A stretch of 64,000 nt of DNA from Felis catus. Taxonomy: Eukaryota. Both the position numbers and the translations under genes were made by a program. How positions within the stretch are numbered: the stretch's first letter is position 1; each line of letters begins with the position of its first letter. The stretch covers positions 50,160,001 through 50,224,000 of the forward strand of contig NC_058382.1 of NCBI RefSeq assembly GCF_018350175.1. Direction: 5' to 3'. A model generated the notes under the pieces. It did no database searches. It worked only from the letters and a program-made list of their open reading frames with translations, and had not been told where the DNA came from. Of this stretch, positions 26,687 to 39,474 are shown piece by piece.

Positions 26687-26980
26687 AGCCTATAGCTTTT
26701 TAAAGAGATGAAAGTTTACAAGGTAATAAAAATGTTTTATTATATTAAAAATGGTTTATATTGTGTTTGCATTGAAATGGTTGAAGATTAGAGAGTTAAC
26801 ACAATTGCTAAGTCATTTAGCTGGTTCAACTAAGTATTCTTTGTTTCCAACTTGTTTCTATCATCTATTTTCTAGTTTTTTAGCTTCCTCAGGAGCTGGA
26901 ACTTTGGTAATATTGCAAACCACAGGTATTGTAATACTGTGTGCTTTGTTCATGTAGCTGCTAGAATTCTGAGCTGTATT

Positions 26981-27525
26981 GTATTGTACTGTACTTTTTA
27001 AATATTTATTTATTTAGAGAGAGCACGTGTGTGAGCTGGGGAGTAGGAGAGAGAGGATCCCAAGCAGACTCCATGCTGTCACCACAGAGCCTGATGCGAG
27101 CTGGAATTTATGAACTGTGAGATGATGACCTGAGCTGAAATTAAGAGTCAGATGCTTAATTGGTTGAGCCACCCAGGCACTTCTCTGTGCTGTATGTTGT
27201 TATGTTATGTTACGTTATTTTTAATTTACATCTGAGTTAGTTAGCATATAGTGCTATAATGATTTCAGGAGTAGATTCCAGTGATTTATCCCCTATGTAT
27301 AACACCTGGTGCTCATCCTAACAGGTGTCTTCCTTAATGCCCCTTACCCATTTAGCCCATCCCCCCACCCGTAACCCCTCCAGCAACCATCTGTTTGTTC
27401 ACTGCATTTAAGAGTCTCTTATGGTTTGTCCCCTCCCTGTTTTTATATTATTTTTACTTCTCTTCACTCATGTTCATCTGTTTTGTATCTTTTTTTTTAA
27501 ATTTTTTTAATGTTTATTTATTTTT

Positions 27526-27583
<58 letters not shown>

Positions 27584-28527
27584 ATGAGTGGGGGAGGGGC
27601 AGAGAGAGAGGGAGACACAGAATGCCAAGCCGGCTCCAGGCTCCGAGCTGTCGGCACAGAGCCCGACAGGGGTCGAACTCACACACTGTGAGATCATGAC
27701 CTGAGCTGAAGTAGGAAGCTCAACCGGCTGAGCCACCCAGGCGCCCCTGTTTTGTATCTTAAATTCCACATGAGTGAGGTCATCAGATATTTGTCTTTCT
27801 CTGACTTACTTCACTTAGCATAATACCCTCTAGTTCCATCCACGTTTTTGCAAATGGGAAGATTTCATTCTTTTTGATCGCTGAGTAATACTCTGTTGTT
27901 TATATGTTATATACACCACATCTTCTTTATCCCTTCATCCATCAATGGACACGGGCTCTTTCCATAGTTTGGCTATTGTCGATAGTGCTGCTTTAAACAT
28001 TGGAGTGCATGTGTCCCTTTGAAACAGCTCACCTGTATACCTTGGATAAATACCTTGTAGTGCAATCGCTGGGTCATGGGGTAGTTCTCGTTTTAACTTT
28101 TTACACTTGATCTTAGCCAAAAGGCCGAGAAGCGGTATCTGTTTTTAACTTTTTGAGGAACCTCCATACTGTTTTCCAGAGTGGCTGCACCAGTTTGCAT
28201 TCCCACCAGCAGTGCAAAAGAGATCCTCTTTCTCTGCATCCTCGCCAACATCTGTTGTTGCCTGAGTTGTTAACGTTAGCCATTCTGACAGGTGTGAGGT
28301 GGTATCTCATTGTGGTTTTGATTTGTATTTCCATGATGATGAGTGATACTGAGTATTTTTTCATGTGACTGTTAGCCATCTGCATGTCTTTTTTGGAAAA
28401 GTGTCTATTCATGTCTTTGTCCCATTTCCTCACTGGATTATTTGCTTTTTTGGGGTTGAATTTGATAAGTTCTGTATAGATTTTGGATGCTAACCCTTTA
28501 TCTGATGTGTCATTTGCAAATATCTTC
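26981..28527 (-). mobile_element. 5'-truncated L1 containing two SINEs (26995-27181, 27492-27747) and a U2 retrocopy
   Basis: ORF2 C-terminal peptides (28113-28433), 3'UTR; TSD tctgagct(g/c)tatt at 26968-26980 and 28528-28540; inner SINE TSD ctgttttgtatctt. Confidence 0.93.
28102..28136 (-). pseudogene. RNU2 pseudogene: U2 snRNA 5' fragment (about nt 1-35) retrocopy
   Basis: Reverse complement reads accgcttctcggccttttggctaagatcaagtgta, one mismatch from the U2 5' end ATCGCTTCTCGGCCTTTTGGCTAAGATCAAGTGTA; flanked by duplicated L1 target sequence. Confidence 0.93.
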
Positions 28528-28540
28528 TCTGAGCTCTATT

Positions 28541-28758
28541 TTAAATTTTTTTTTTCAACGTTTATTTATTTTTGGGACAGAGAGAGACAGAGCATGAACG
28601 GGCGAGGGGCAGAGAGAGAGGGAGACACAGAATCGGAAACAGGCTCCAGACTCTGAGCCATCAGCCCAGAGCCCGACGCGGGGCTCGAACTCCCGGACCG
28701 CGAGATCGTGACCTGGCTGAAGTCGGACGCTTAACCGACTGCGCCACCCAGGCGCCCC
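28541..28758 (-). mobile_element. Young Can-SINE
   Basis: Near-consensus, CpG-rich SINE. Confidence 0.96.
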
Positions 28759-28911
28759 AATAGTATGTTAAATATCACGAGAATGTGCCAGGAAGACATT
28801 AATGTAATAGTATCACAATCAGCTTTGTAGGTACGGGATGTGTATTATAGCAGACTTCATGAAAGCTAGCAATAGGATATAGGAAATGGATATTGACTCT
28901 AGATTCAAAGG

Positions 28912-29030
28912 TACATATACATATATACACATATACATATGCATTATATGTACACAAACACACATATATACGCATATCCGTGTGTGTACATATGTATGTA
29001 TACATGCAAAAACATGTATATTATATATAT
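28912..29030. repeat. Degenerate (TA/CA)n low-complexity tract
   Basis: Direct reading. Confidence 0.85.
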
Positions 29031-29302
29031 TTTTGAGCCTGAGTATACATAGACATTTTTAGAACAATATGATCTTATAATAATAGTAAACAGTTGCTCA
29101 AAAGACTGTATTATTTGTATAATAAAGGGACAGACAACCTCTTGAAGAAAGTGAGTCTCAACCAGAGTTAGAACATCCTGATTTTGAAGGACAGTGTTAG
29201 TATCAAATATTGAAGCTTCTCACCATCTTTTCAGTTATGCACTGTTACCAGTCACTTTTCTGGGAATAGTGATTAAATGTAGTTTATTTTTCTCTGTAGC
29301 AT

Positions 29303-29336
<34 letters not shown>

Positions 29337-30891
29337 CCTTTTATTTTAATTAAGAACACAAATACGCAAAGAAAAAGTGAATAATAATAATTCCTGGGCA
29401 GTTTCTGAAGTTTAACTCCTTGCCATGCTGCTGCTCATTATGAGCACTGATTCTTTATGTCAGGCAGTGATGGAAAGCTGACACTCTGTATTAGCAGACA
29501 CTTAACGCTTTCTCCCACATCTTTCTGTGATTCTACAGCTTTGATTAGATCTTTTCCCTCAGTGGCATGTGGTTTGCCCTCTGAACCTAGCATCTGCTCT
29601 GCAAAAGAAATAATGTTCTTTTTCTCTGGACAGAAGTTCAGCTTTCAAGGAACTCGTAGGAGAGGTAAAAAAAAAAAATGCAAAAATATTTGTAATGGTA
29701 AGTTAAATGTAATAAGTGCAACAATACACAGGAAGCCCAGAGAAGAAATCTTCTTGGGGTGTTTGTGATTAATCTTAAAGATTGGGTAAGATTGCAGCCA
29801 AAGAGATGCACAGTGGATATGTGAGGATTGGGGGAACACTACCTGGTGGAGACAAATGCCTGATGATTGTGGAGTGTCCAATTTGAATAACGTCAGGGGA
29901 ATGTGAAGAGTAGTTATGGGAGAATAGACCAAAAAATTAAGGCAGATCCACATTGTTTTCCTGGAGCTAGTCGTTCTCAAGTGAGGTTCCTCAAAAGAAG
30001 CCTTACGTAAAATAAATTGAACAATTATTTTCTCAACTCTCTCAAAGTTGCTACATAGCTATCAGTGATCTATATGCATAGGAGAGAAGTTACTTCATTA
30101 CATATAATGGGTGTCTGGGGGTTTTGGGTTTAATTCTCAACTGAGAAAGGCTGGCCTAGATTCTGGATAGCGAGGAGATGTGTGAGTTGAATGGTGACAT
30201 CATATGGCTGTGTTTTGGGAAAATTTAACTGATAGTAGAATTCAGGACAATTTGAAGAATGCAGAACTAAAGATTATTGGAACTTTTGTAACATGACAAA
30301 TTATGAGGAAAATGAAAATGGTAATCAAAGGAAGGTGATGGGCCAAAAGTAGACTTGCGTTACTACCTCCTGGGAAGTTAGAAATTGAGTAAATAAACAC
30401 AAATCCATGTAAATTCTTAAAAGAGATAAATGCTATGAAGGGAAGTTTCTCTGTACATGTACCTGTGACATAAAGGTTTATATATTTGGAGGAGCGGATA
30501 GCAGTATGATAGAATGAGGCTTCTTTGCATATGGTGAGTTTAGAATTTGTTTTATCATTAGTGAGATACTAGTGGATATTTTAAATCAAAAGTAAAATTA
30601 TGATAGAAATCCCTATCTCCTCTTTTTGATCATAGGATCCTTATTTTAGTGATGGTAAGGTTACATGAGATTGACTATAATTATAACCTTGCGACCAATG
30701 ATCATTAAAAGCCACTGCTTTCTTCTTTGATTCTAAAGCTTACTAAAGAATACTTTTGCGAGAATTGTGATGATTCTTGCATAAGGTTATAAACACAAAC
30801 AGGATTTTCCCTCCTTGTAGGTTGTACCTGCCTAATTGATGGATTTTATCTACTCTGTCCACATTCTATTATTACTGAAAAATGGTCTGTG

Positions 30892-31028
30892 TGTACAACC
30901 AACAAGGCATTTACTGATACTCTCCAAGTTCAGCAGTTGACAGAGGAGCTGTCATCTTTGTTAAGGGGCCCAACCTGACCCAAATTCAGGTCTGACTATA
31001 AATCCTGGTTTCTTTACTATTCTACACT
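30892..31028. repeat. 137-bp direct repeat, copy 1 (MIR-like)
   Basis: Manual alignment to 32617-32753 gives 10 mismatches and no gaps. Confidence 0.92.
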
Positions 31029-32616
31029 GCCTGAGTGAATTTTCCTGAGTTGAGAGAGAAACAAAACTGCTGGAACTCAAATTAAATACAAATAAATGAA
31101 TTGAAGCTAAATTGAAGAAACATAACTTTTAAAATTGTAAATGATTATAAATCTGTTATTGAAGATACTGTCAGGAGTGTTACTTGTTCTCTCATACCTT
31201 CGGATCCTATGTGAACATTTCCAGTAAAATTTAGTACCAATATAAAAGTCTCATTAAGGAGTTTTTGGTTTTTCAGTTTTAAAACGGAGACTTTCACTCT
31301 GACTTCAAAGAAGTTAAGGAACAATTTTGATGGTAAAGCATAATTAGTACACTTCATTGAATTTGAGGTCCCAATTTTCTTCTAGTTTATCGATTATACC
31401 GTATCCATATCCCATTCAGTTTGTTACTTCACATAGAGAATTTCTAAGTTGAAAGGTCATTATGCTTAAACAGATTGCCCATTTCTTAGTATCTAGTTAG
31501 TCAAGTCTCATAGGATATTCCATTCTGACACTGTGAGTTAAGCAAAGATGATGGCTTAACCAAGCTATCTTGTCTTTACCAAGAGGACATAGCATGAACT
31601 AGCTGTATGGTAATGAAACTCGTTATGAAGAACAATGAGCATTCCAATCTCATTGTTGGTGTTTATATTTTTATTAGAACAAAAGTGTCTTCTGGGAAGA
31701 ATCAACACAGCAGACTTGGGAGGTTTTGAAAATGTGAAAGACAGGCTGAAAAAATGTGTAGGTAAATCTATATCTTGAGATGGGAAATAAACCATAACTT
31801 TAGTTTTTATGGTTGTGTTATGAAACGAATGTCCATAAATGTCTAGACTAGCATGGAGGGATTTGGACAAACAAATGGCTGAGCTGCTTTTAGTAAATCC
31901 CGTTGAAAGTGATAAAAGTGCTGAAGAAACTATAAACAAAAATCTATAAGAGATTAAGTTTCAAAAGGGACTGTTGGATTTAATGAGATCTAAACACATG
32001 AAAACTGTGTTATCTGATATGGTAGCTAATAGCCAACCATATTTAATTTTTGTTCAGATTTTCTTTGAGACTACAATCTTGATTTAGAAACACTGTACTA
32101 TACCTATCTTGTACATACACTATACCTTCTTCCTTAGCTGCCTCCCTGTCTAGCCTCTGGCAGAGTGCAAGGCATAGAATCAGAATCTCAGGAACAGAAA
32201 GACACTAAGCATTACATTATCTGGTCCTATACCCTCCGTTAAAGAAAACCCTTGAGTTCTGGAATCACTCATTCCATCCTTAGGCAAATCCAAGTTTTCC
32301 TTTTACTAAGAATCAGATTGGTAGCTGTAAGCAGTATGCCCAATTCTGCCCTCCAGAGTCATCATGAAACATGTTTAATCTTTGTTCTGCCCACCATTTC
32401 TTTAAATATTTAATAAAAATACCATTAAGCCTAAGTAATAGTTTTTACCTATGTGAAGTGGCATCATTAGATATCACCCCATACGTGTACAGTCACTGCC
32501 CTCATAATAGTAACCACCATATGTTGAATCAGCCAACAATCACAAAATCATGGACTAGGGATTTTACTTAGATTTTTTTTCTAATGCATACATGTAACCA
32601 GAAAAGTGAATGCATA

Positions 32617-32753
32617 TGTACAATGAACAAGGCATTTACTGTTATTCTCCAAGTTCAGCAGTTGACAGAGGAGCTGTCATCTTAGTTAAGGGGCCCAACC
32701 TGACCCCAAATGAGGTCTGACCATAAATCCTGGGTTCTTTACTATTCTACACT
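32617..32753. repeat. 137-bp direct repeat, copy 2
   Basis: See copy 1. Confidence 0.92.
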
Positions 32754-32916
32754 CCCTTATATAAATTGCAAGCACATGCCTTATTATCAACTATATCATT
32801 CTGGGTAAATTGGACTATTTAAACTCGGTGTTTGTCCTTTTAAAACACTTATCTTTGGCTTATGGTAATGACCAATCTGATCCTCTCTTGGATAGTGTAA
32901 TTTTGGGGAAACTTTA

Positions 32917-33118
32917 CAAAAATTTTTTCTTAATATTTATTTTTGAGACAGTGTGAGTGGGGGTGGGGCAGAGAGAGAGGTAGACACTGAACCTGAAGCA
33001 GGCTCCAGGCTCTGAGCTGTCAGCACAGAGTCCGACACGGGGCTCAAACCCACAGACTGTGAGATCATGACCTGAGCCAAAGTTGGACGCTTAACCGACT
33101 GAGCCACCCAGGCACCCC
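32917..33118 (-). mobile_element. Can-SINE
   Basis: TSD ttggggaaact. Confidence 0.95.
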
Positions 33119-33271
33119 TTGGGGAAACTGTTTTAAATCAAGATCAGGAGGTTGCTTGCTAGAAGAGACAGGTTCCTGTAAGCTTGATCTAGCATGGGAC
33201 AGAGTGGGAAGTTGCCATATCAGCACTCAAGAAAGGATGCACCAAAGCATATTCATACTTCCCAAATCTTT

Positions 33272-33497
33272 TTTTTTTTTTTAATTTTTTTTTTCAACGT
33301 CTATTTATTTTTGGGACAGAGAGAGACAGAGCATGAACAGGCGAGGGGCAGAGAGAGAGGGAGACACAGAAACGGAAACAGGCTCCAGGCTCTGAGCCAT
33401 CAGCCCAGAGCCCGACGCGGGGCTGGAACTCACGGACCGCGAGATCGTGACCTGGCTGAAGTCGGACGCTTAACCGACTGCGCCACCCAGGCGCCCC
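33272..33497 (-). mobile_element. Young Can-SINE
   Basis: Perfect TSD tcatacttcccaaatcttt at 33253-33271 and 33498-33516. Confidence 0.97.
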
Positions 33498-33715
33498 TCA
33501 TACTTCCCAAATCTTTAGTTCAGTTGGACTCAACTGAAGTCATTTAATTATAAAGATTCTTAGGACTATATATTTTTGTGATTCAAGAAGTATAATGAGC
33601 TAATGATACAGATTGAGGACGTAATTTATATATATGCATGATATATAAAATATGTGTGATACATATGCCATATCAGGTCCATTTAGGTTTATATATAGTA
33701 TGTGTATATGTATAT

Positions 33716-33905
33716 ATTTAAGCGCTTATTTATTTTGAGAGAGAGAGAATGCTTGCGTGAGAGTGGGGGAGGGGCAGAGAGAGGGGGAGAGAGAAACCCA
33801 AGCAGACTCTGTGCTGTCAACACAGAACCCCAGGCGGGGCTTGATCCCATGACCTGAGTTGAAATCAAGAGTCAGATGTCTAACCAACTCAGCTACCCAG
33901 GGACT
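33716..33905 (-). mobile_element. Older Can-SINE
   Basis: Diverged SINE body with an internal deletion. Confidence 0.88.
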
Positions 33906-33949
33906 ACTATATATTTTTTACCATAAAGAAAAAAAGTCAAATTTATAGT

Positions 33950-34660
33950 TATAAATACCAAAATATAGAACTGTTTAGAGAAAAAAATAGAAATGTTTAA
34001 AAATAAATTTAATATCACCTTTTTAGTATCCCCTTGCCCCTCAGCCTTTTAATAATTTGGGGAATATGCATCCAAACCTTTCTCTGTGTTCATACATATT
34101 TCCTTTTTCTTTCATTCTTTTATTTTTCAACAAAAGAAGTTTAAAGTCTGAAATTCCTAGAATTGACTTTCAAAGCATATGACAACTTGTTCAAATAGTA
34201 AGTGCTTTTCAACTTGATAGAAATTGCTTGATGGTTTTGCAAAAATTTTTGCAGTACATACTTTGAAAATCCTGGTGTATGTGCCCTTTCTCCTCAAATT
34301 CTCCTCATCACAGGATACCGTAAAGTTTTTAAACTTTGGCTAATATGATGAGTGAAAAAAATATATCTCATTCATGAAGCATAATTTAGATGTTTAGTGA
34401 TACTGAAAATCTTTTTGTTTAGTGACCATTTCTATGTTCTTTGTGGCTTGCCTGCTTATATCCTTTGCTAGATTTTCTTTTTTCAAAATTTTACTTATTA
34501 ATTAAAAGAACTTTGTATATATTAAAAATATTATCTTTTTGTTGGTCATTTCATTCTAAATGCTTTTCCCAGTTTATTGATTACCTTTGGCTTCCATTTG
34601 TGGAGGTTTTGGCAAATGATTATTTTGTGTCATAAAATAGGGTCACTTAAGAAAATCCTC
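33950..34660 (-). mobile_element. Ancient L1ME-like fragment
   Basis: aactttggctaatatgatgagtgaaaaaaatatatctcatt...ttgcctgcttatatcctttgctagattttc. Confidence 0.6.
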
Positions 34661-34668
34661 TCAGTATG

Positions 34669-35170
34669 TGTGATGGTTAATTTTATGTGTCAATTTGGAC
34701 TAAAGGACGTCCAGACAGCTGGTACAACATTATTTCCGGGCGTGTCTGTGAGGGTGTCTCCAGAAGACATAAGCATTTGAATTGGTAGGTACTGTAAAGA
34801 AGGTTACCGTCACTAATGCTGGTGGCCATCATCATCCAGTTTGTTGAGGGCCTGAAGAGAAGCAGAGGCAGGGTAGGGGAAGGGCACCTTCTTTCTGTAC
34901 TTGAACTGAAACATCTGTCTTCTCCTGCCCTTGGACTCTCTTGGGTATTCAGACTCAGACCAGGACTTAAACCATGAGCCCCCTGATTCTCAGGCCTTGA
35001 GACTCAGTCTGAATTACACCACTGACTTTCCTGTTCTCCAGCTTGCAGATGGCAGATTTGGGACTTCTTGGCCTCTGTAGCTGCCTGAACAGATTCCTGT
35101 AATAAATCTCTCTCCCTATATCACTATATGTCCTACTGGTTCTCTTTTTCTGGAGAACCCTAATAAAACA
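34669..35170 (+). mobile_element. MLT2B-like ERV-L solo LTR
   Basis: TG...CA ends: tgtgatggttaattttatgtgtcaa ... aataaatctc ... tctggagaaccctaataaaaca. Confidence 0.9.
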
Positions 35171-37656
35171 TATTATAAAATTTTTCTCCAGAACAGTTCT
35201 CATAAATTTTTTTATTGTGAAATTTATTTTTATATTTTGGGTAAGATCATGGTTAACTTTTCTTTAACATCATTAGTAAAAAATGTTGGCTTTACATGAT
35301 AAATTGAAATTCTTTCCATGTGTTCCTATGACTGGGAAAGAAGTGATAAGATATTTAAAATTAGGTGTAATCAGCTACAAAACAGTCTGGAGTGAGGTCA
35401 TCTTAAAGGTAGATGTGATTATGTGTCTGTTGAGAGTATGTATCTCTTGGATCAAATTTTATAGTTTTCAAGATTTCAATTGGTGTCTCACAGTTGCTCT
35501 TATATCTTAAATTCATTCTGATATTTTATGTTTTTCATGAACCTAACTTTATATATCTTTAATTTCTCTCTTTTAAAGTCACATAACACAAGATTATCTA
35601 TGCATTCCTAAACCCAGTCATGGTTGTATATCCTTTTAACGGTGTACCTTGACATGTCACATTCTCTTCTGTGGCAAATGAGCAGGGGATGGAAGGCATG
35701 GCAGTTCTCTTGTGGCTCAGAGTAAATGAAGTTTTAGACTCTAACCCTTCTGTTATGGTTTGGGAAGGATCTCACTCTGCTTTCTTTTTCTAAGGGGCTG
35801 GCTGCCATGTCCCAGATGCAAGCCCTGGCCCTAACTGCTATTTCCACCAGAGCTCACTAAGGTTTACACAAGTGAGTAGCCGTTCTAAGGACCACAGGAA
35901 GTAAATGGACCTATGTTGCTTATCATCCAGAGATCCTAGAGCTTCAGCCACTTGAGACCACTCATGAGCAGCTCCCAAAGATTGAGGAGAGACAAACCTT
36001 GTCTTTCACTTCAGATCCATTGGAGAAGGAAGCTATGCCTTGATTTCCTTTCCTGGAAATCCCAGCTGAACTTGTGTCCTTAGACCCTCGTAGTCTACCA
36101 GGAGCATGCTTGCCTGGGTTTATCACCTTCTCTAGAGAAAGGATATTGGCAATGAAAGTAATGATATGTGACCAGTATGCGATTATCCCAGAATTTCACA
36201 GAAATGACTTCAGTGTTTAGACATATCTTTGTAAGAGAAAGAAATCTTTTGTAGTGGTCTTTTTTTCCCCCTTATTTTTCTACCTTTAACATACTTTGGA
36301 ATTAAAGGCAACCAGATTTTAAGTGTTTGCCTCTTACAAGTGTGATATAATAAGAATTGAAAAAAAGCAGATGTTCTTCAAGGAATTTTTTAGAATTTTA
36401 TGGCTGACCCACTTGAATTTCAATTTCTTAATAAGCTTAATCATATTTTGCTCTCCTGCTACATGTCTAATCATAATCATATGAGTATTTTTCTGTTCTT
36501 CTACATGCAGATTGCCCCATACATAACATCTCTCCATCTAAGGCTCCACATGTGTTCTATCACCCTCTTGGAGAAATGCTTCTCAACTGTTCCTAAGTAT
36601 TGCTGGTATGGTCTCGGCTGTCATTTCCTCAGCACCATCTGTAGACTGATATTTTGTGGGAATTTGTATGGATTCCAAGTAAGAATTCAGCTCAACAGGC
36701 CAGCATATTTAGTTTTTAAGAGAAAAGAAAGTAATCGATCAATTCCTATTCTGGTCCACTCTCTCCCCCCTCTCCCACCTCTCCCCATTCTACCCTCACA
36801 TGAAGATATTTTTACAGCTTTGAAGTGGAACCAGATTTGCAGGCTGCACAATTAAATTTCAGTCAAAAATTCCACTTACCAGAATGCTCACAATACTAAT
36901 AGTGTTGTTAGAAATAAGACACTTGATTAAAAGGCGGCACACTTGTCTATATCTTTAATGTGCATTCCTAATGAGTCCTAGCAGGAGGCTGATTCACATG
37001 AAAATGCACAATTAGCTCATCCAAGTTTAATATACCATTATCTGCACCCAAGCCCTCTCTTCATTACCATTTGAATGCACTGTTTTCTTTGGAGTTTTGT
37101 GCAGGAAACAAATCCCTGTATATGGCACACAGCTCTAGACTCTGATTTGTCTGCATTTGCCCTTTAGACAAAAGGCCAAAACGACGTGCTCTGTGGTGCA
37201 TTAATTTTCAGTCTCTGGCTATTTTTGAAATTGTAATGCAGCACATTTCCTTTTCCAAGGGACTTGAGTCAGTAGACAATGTAGAGGTGGATATAGTCAA
37301 GGGATTTGTTTGTTATTCTGAGTAGTGGCACGCCATCTTTCCCACATGGACTTCAGATAAAAGGGGTTGTTTTAAAGAGCTGTTGAAACCCACTGAAATA
37401 AAATACTATTTGAAATCTGATTTCACTATATTGAGTCTACGTTACTATCTGGACTTTGAAGTCTGAGACAACCAGGTGCCTGAAATAGCTGAGAAAACAC
37501 AGGTTTTATTTAATTCCTATCAAAATTATCATTTGGCATTTCATTACTTTCAGTGTTTCTGGCATATCACACTCCCACAGTTCTACAAGCTTCCTGGTGT
37601 TCAGAATTCTATTTAATCGGGAACAAATAAAATCAATAATATTAAAAGTAGTCTGA

Positions 37657-37841
37657 GGGGCGCTTAGGTGACTCAGTCAGTTAAGCGTCCAACTCTTGAT
37701 TAGGGTTCAGGTCACGATCTCATGGTTGTAGGATCGAGTCCTGTGTGGGGCTCCGTGCCAGGTTTGGAACCTGCTTAAGATTCTCTCTCTCTGCCCCTCC
37801 CTCCCCTGTGCATGTATGCCCTCTCTCTCAAGAAAAAAAAA
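37657..37841 (+). mobile_element. Older Can-SINE
   Basis: ggggcgcttaggtgactcagtc head, CT-rich part, A tail. Confidence 0.92.
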
Positions 37842-38489
37842 TAGTACTGTGAACATTTTTAATAATTGCTTCCTTCTTTATTCTTCATTTTCACGGATAG
37901 TGTAAATTTAGCCTTTCAAAGAGAAATAATGGTAAAAAGAAAAAATGTGTTTTTTTATGATATAACTGATAGTTTCTACTGTTGAATAATGAATCACATA
38001 GGACATTTTTCTAAGGCTGAAGTCAGTAAAGAAAAATACAATTGATTATTATTTTGCAGATTTACACAGTAAAAAAGGGCATGTGGCATACTTGAGGTAC
38101 ACAGGCAATACTATTATTTGCTCCTAAGGTAATGTTAAGAATAAATGACTAAGGTTAAGGAAAGCCAGGCTCATTGGAGGGCGCATGGCATATTGGAAAG
38201 TAGATGATGTTAGAGATCATTTGAACCTATAGGGTTTGTTTACAGGCTCTACAGCTTACTACTTTTGTTAGTCAAGATTGTTTCTTAATTTCTGAGTCTC
38301 AGAATTCTTCTTTCTTACATCTGTAAAAAATGGCATAATTTTGTGCACCACTGTTGGGAGGATTAGAGATAAAGTTACATATAACCTAGTAATAAATACA
38401 TAAAGTTTATAGTATATGAGACCAGTAAAAAATGAACTGTATATACTAGCATATTGTATATGCTGTATATACTAGTATATTGTATATAC

Positions 38490-39410
38490 TAGCAGTGAGT
38501 GTTTTGAACTGGAAATTAAGAAAAATTCCCATTGCAACAGCATTAAAAAGTATTAATACTCAGGAATAAATTTTGAAAATGAAGTATAAGAGGGGCACCT
38601 GGGTGACTCAGTGGGTTGAGCCTCCCACTTCAGCTCAGGTCATGATCTCACGGTTCATGAGTTCAAGCCCCTCATCCGGCTCTGTGCAGACAGCTCAGAG
38701 CCTGGAGCATGCTTCAGATTCTATGTCTCCCTCCCTCTCTGCTCCTCTCTCACTCGTGCTCTCTCTCTCGCTCTCTCAAAAATAAATGAACATTAAAAAA
38801 AATAAAAAAAAAATAAAAATGAAGTATAAGACTTGGACACTAAAAAGTACAAAATGTGGGTGAAAGGAATTAAAGAAGACCTAAATAAATGGAAATATAT
38901 TCCATATTTATGGCTCAGAGATTTAGAGTTGACTTACTTATTTTGAACGACAGTAGGGGAGGGGCAGAGAGAGAGGGAGAGAAGCATTCCAAGCAGGCTC
39001 TGTGTTGGATTTCCTGAACCGAACTATGAGATCATGACCTGAGCCAAAATCAAGAATCAGACGCTTAACCAACTGAGCCACCTAGGCACCCTGGCTCAGA
39101 GATTTAATATTGTTAAATGATAATACTATCTAAATTGATCAGCAGATTCAACACAATGTCTATCAGAGTTCTTGCTGTGTTTTTTTTGCAGAAACTGACA
39201 AGCAGATTCTATAATTCATAAGGAGATTCAGGAGACCCTGATAGCCTAAACAATCTTAAAAAAGAAAAAGTTAGAGGACTTAGACTTCCTGATTTCAAAA
39301 TTTACAACAAAGCTATGATAATTGACATTGTGGTACTGGTATAAAGGTGGATACTTGGAACAGTGGAACAGAATCAGGAAAGAAGTAAGATATCTATACA
39401 TCTGTACATC
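38490..39410 (+). mobile_element. Old L1M ORF2 fragment containing SINEs at 38592-38815 (+) and 38930-39091 (-)
   Basis: gaattaaagaagacctaaataaatgg..., gacttcctgatttcaaaatttacaacaaagcta; SINE TSDs aaaatgaagtataaga and tggctcagagattta. Confidence 0.85.
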
Positions 39411-39474
39411 TAGTGGAGTACAAACAGTTGCCATGGCTGAGCACTTAAAAGATGCAAGTAGTAAAAAAGCATCC

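Noticed and set aside
17578..33547. Recurring peptides such as MGQRETEHE...[10 protein letters not shown] and [17 protein letters not shown]
   Set aside because: They are translations of Can-SINEs, not a protein family.
33565..33918. actatatattttt on both sides of a SINE plus 140 bp, suggesting 3' transduction
   Set aside because: Low-complexity match; a closer tatatattt next to the SINE tail explains the TSD, and the extra sequence has a T-run that would stop Pol III.
36400..36855. 151-aa ORF in unique DNA
   Set aside because: No recognisable domain or exon structure; composition is typical of a chance ORF in AT-rich DNA.
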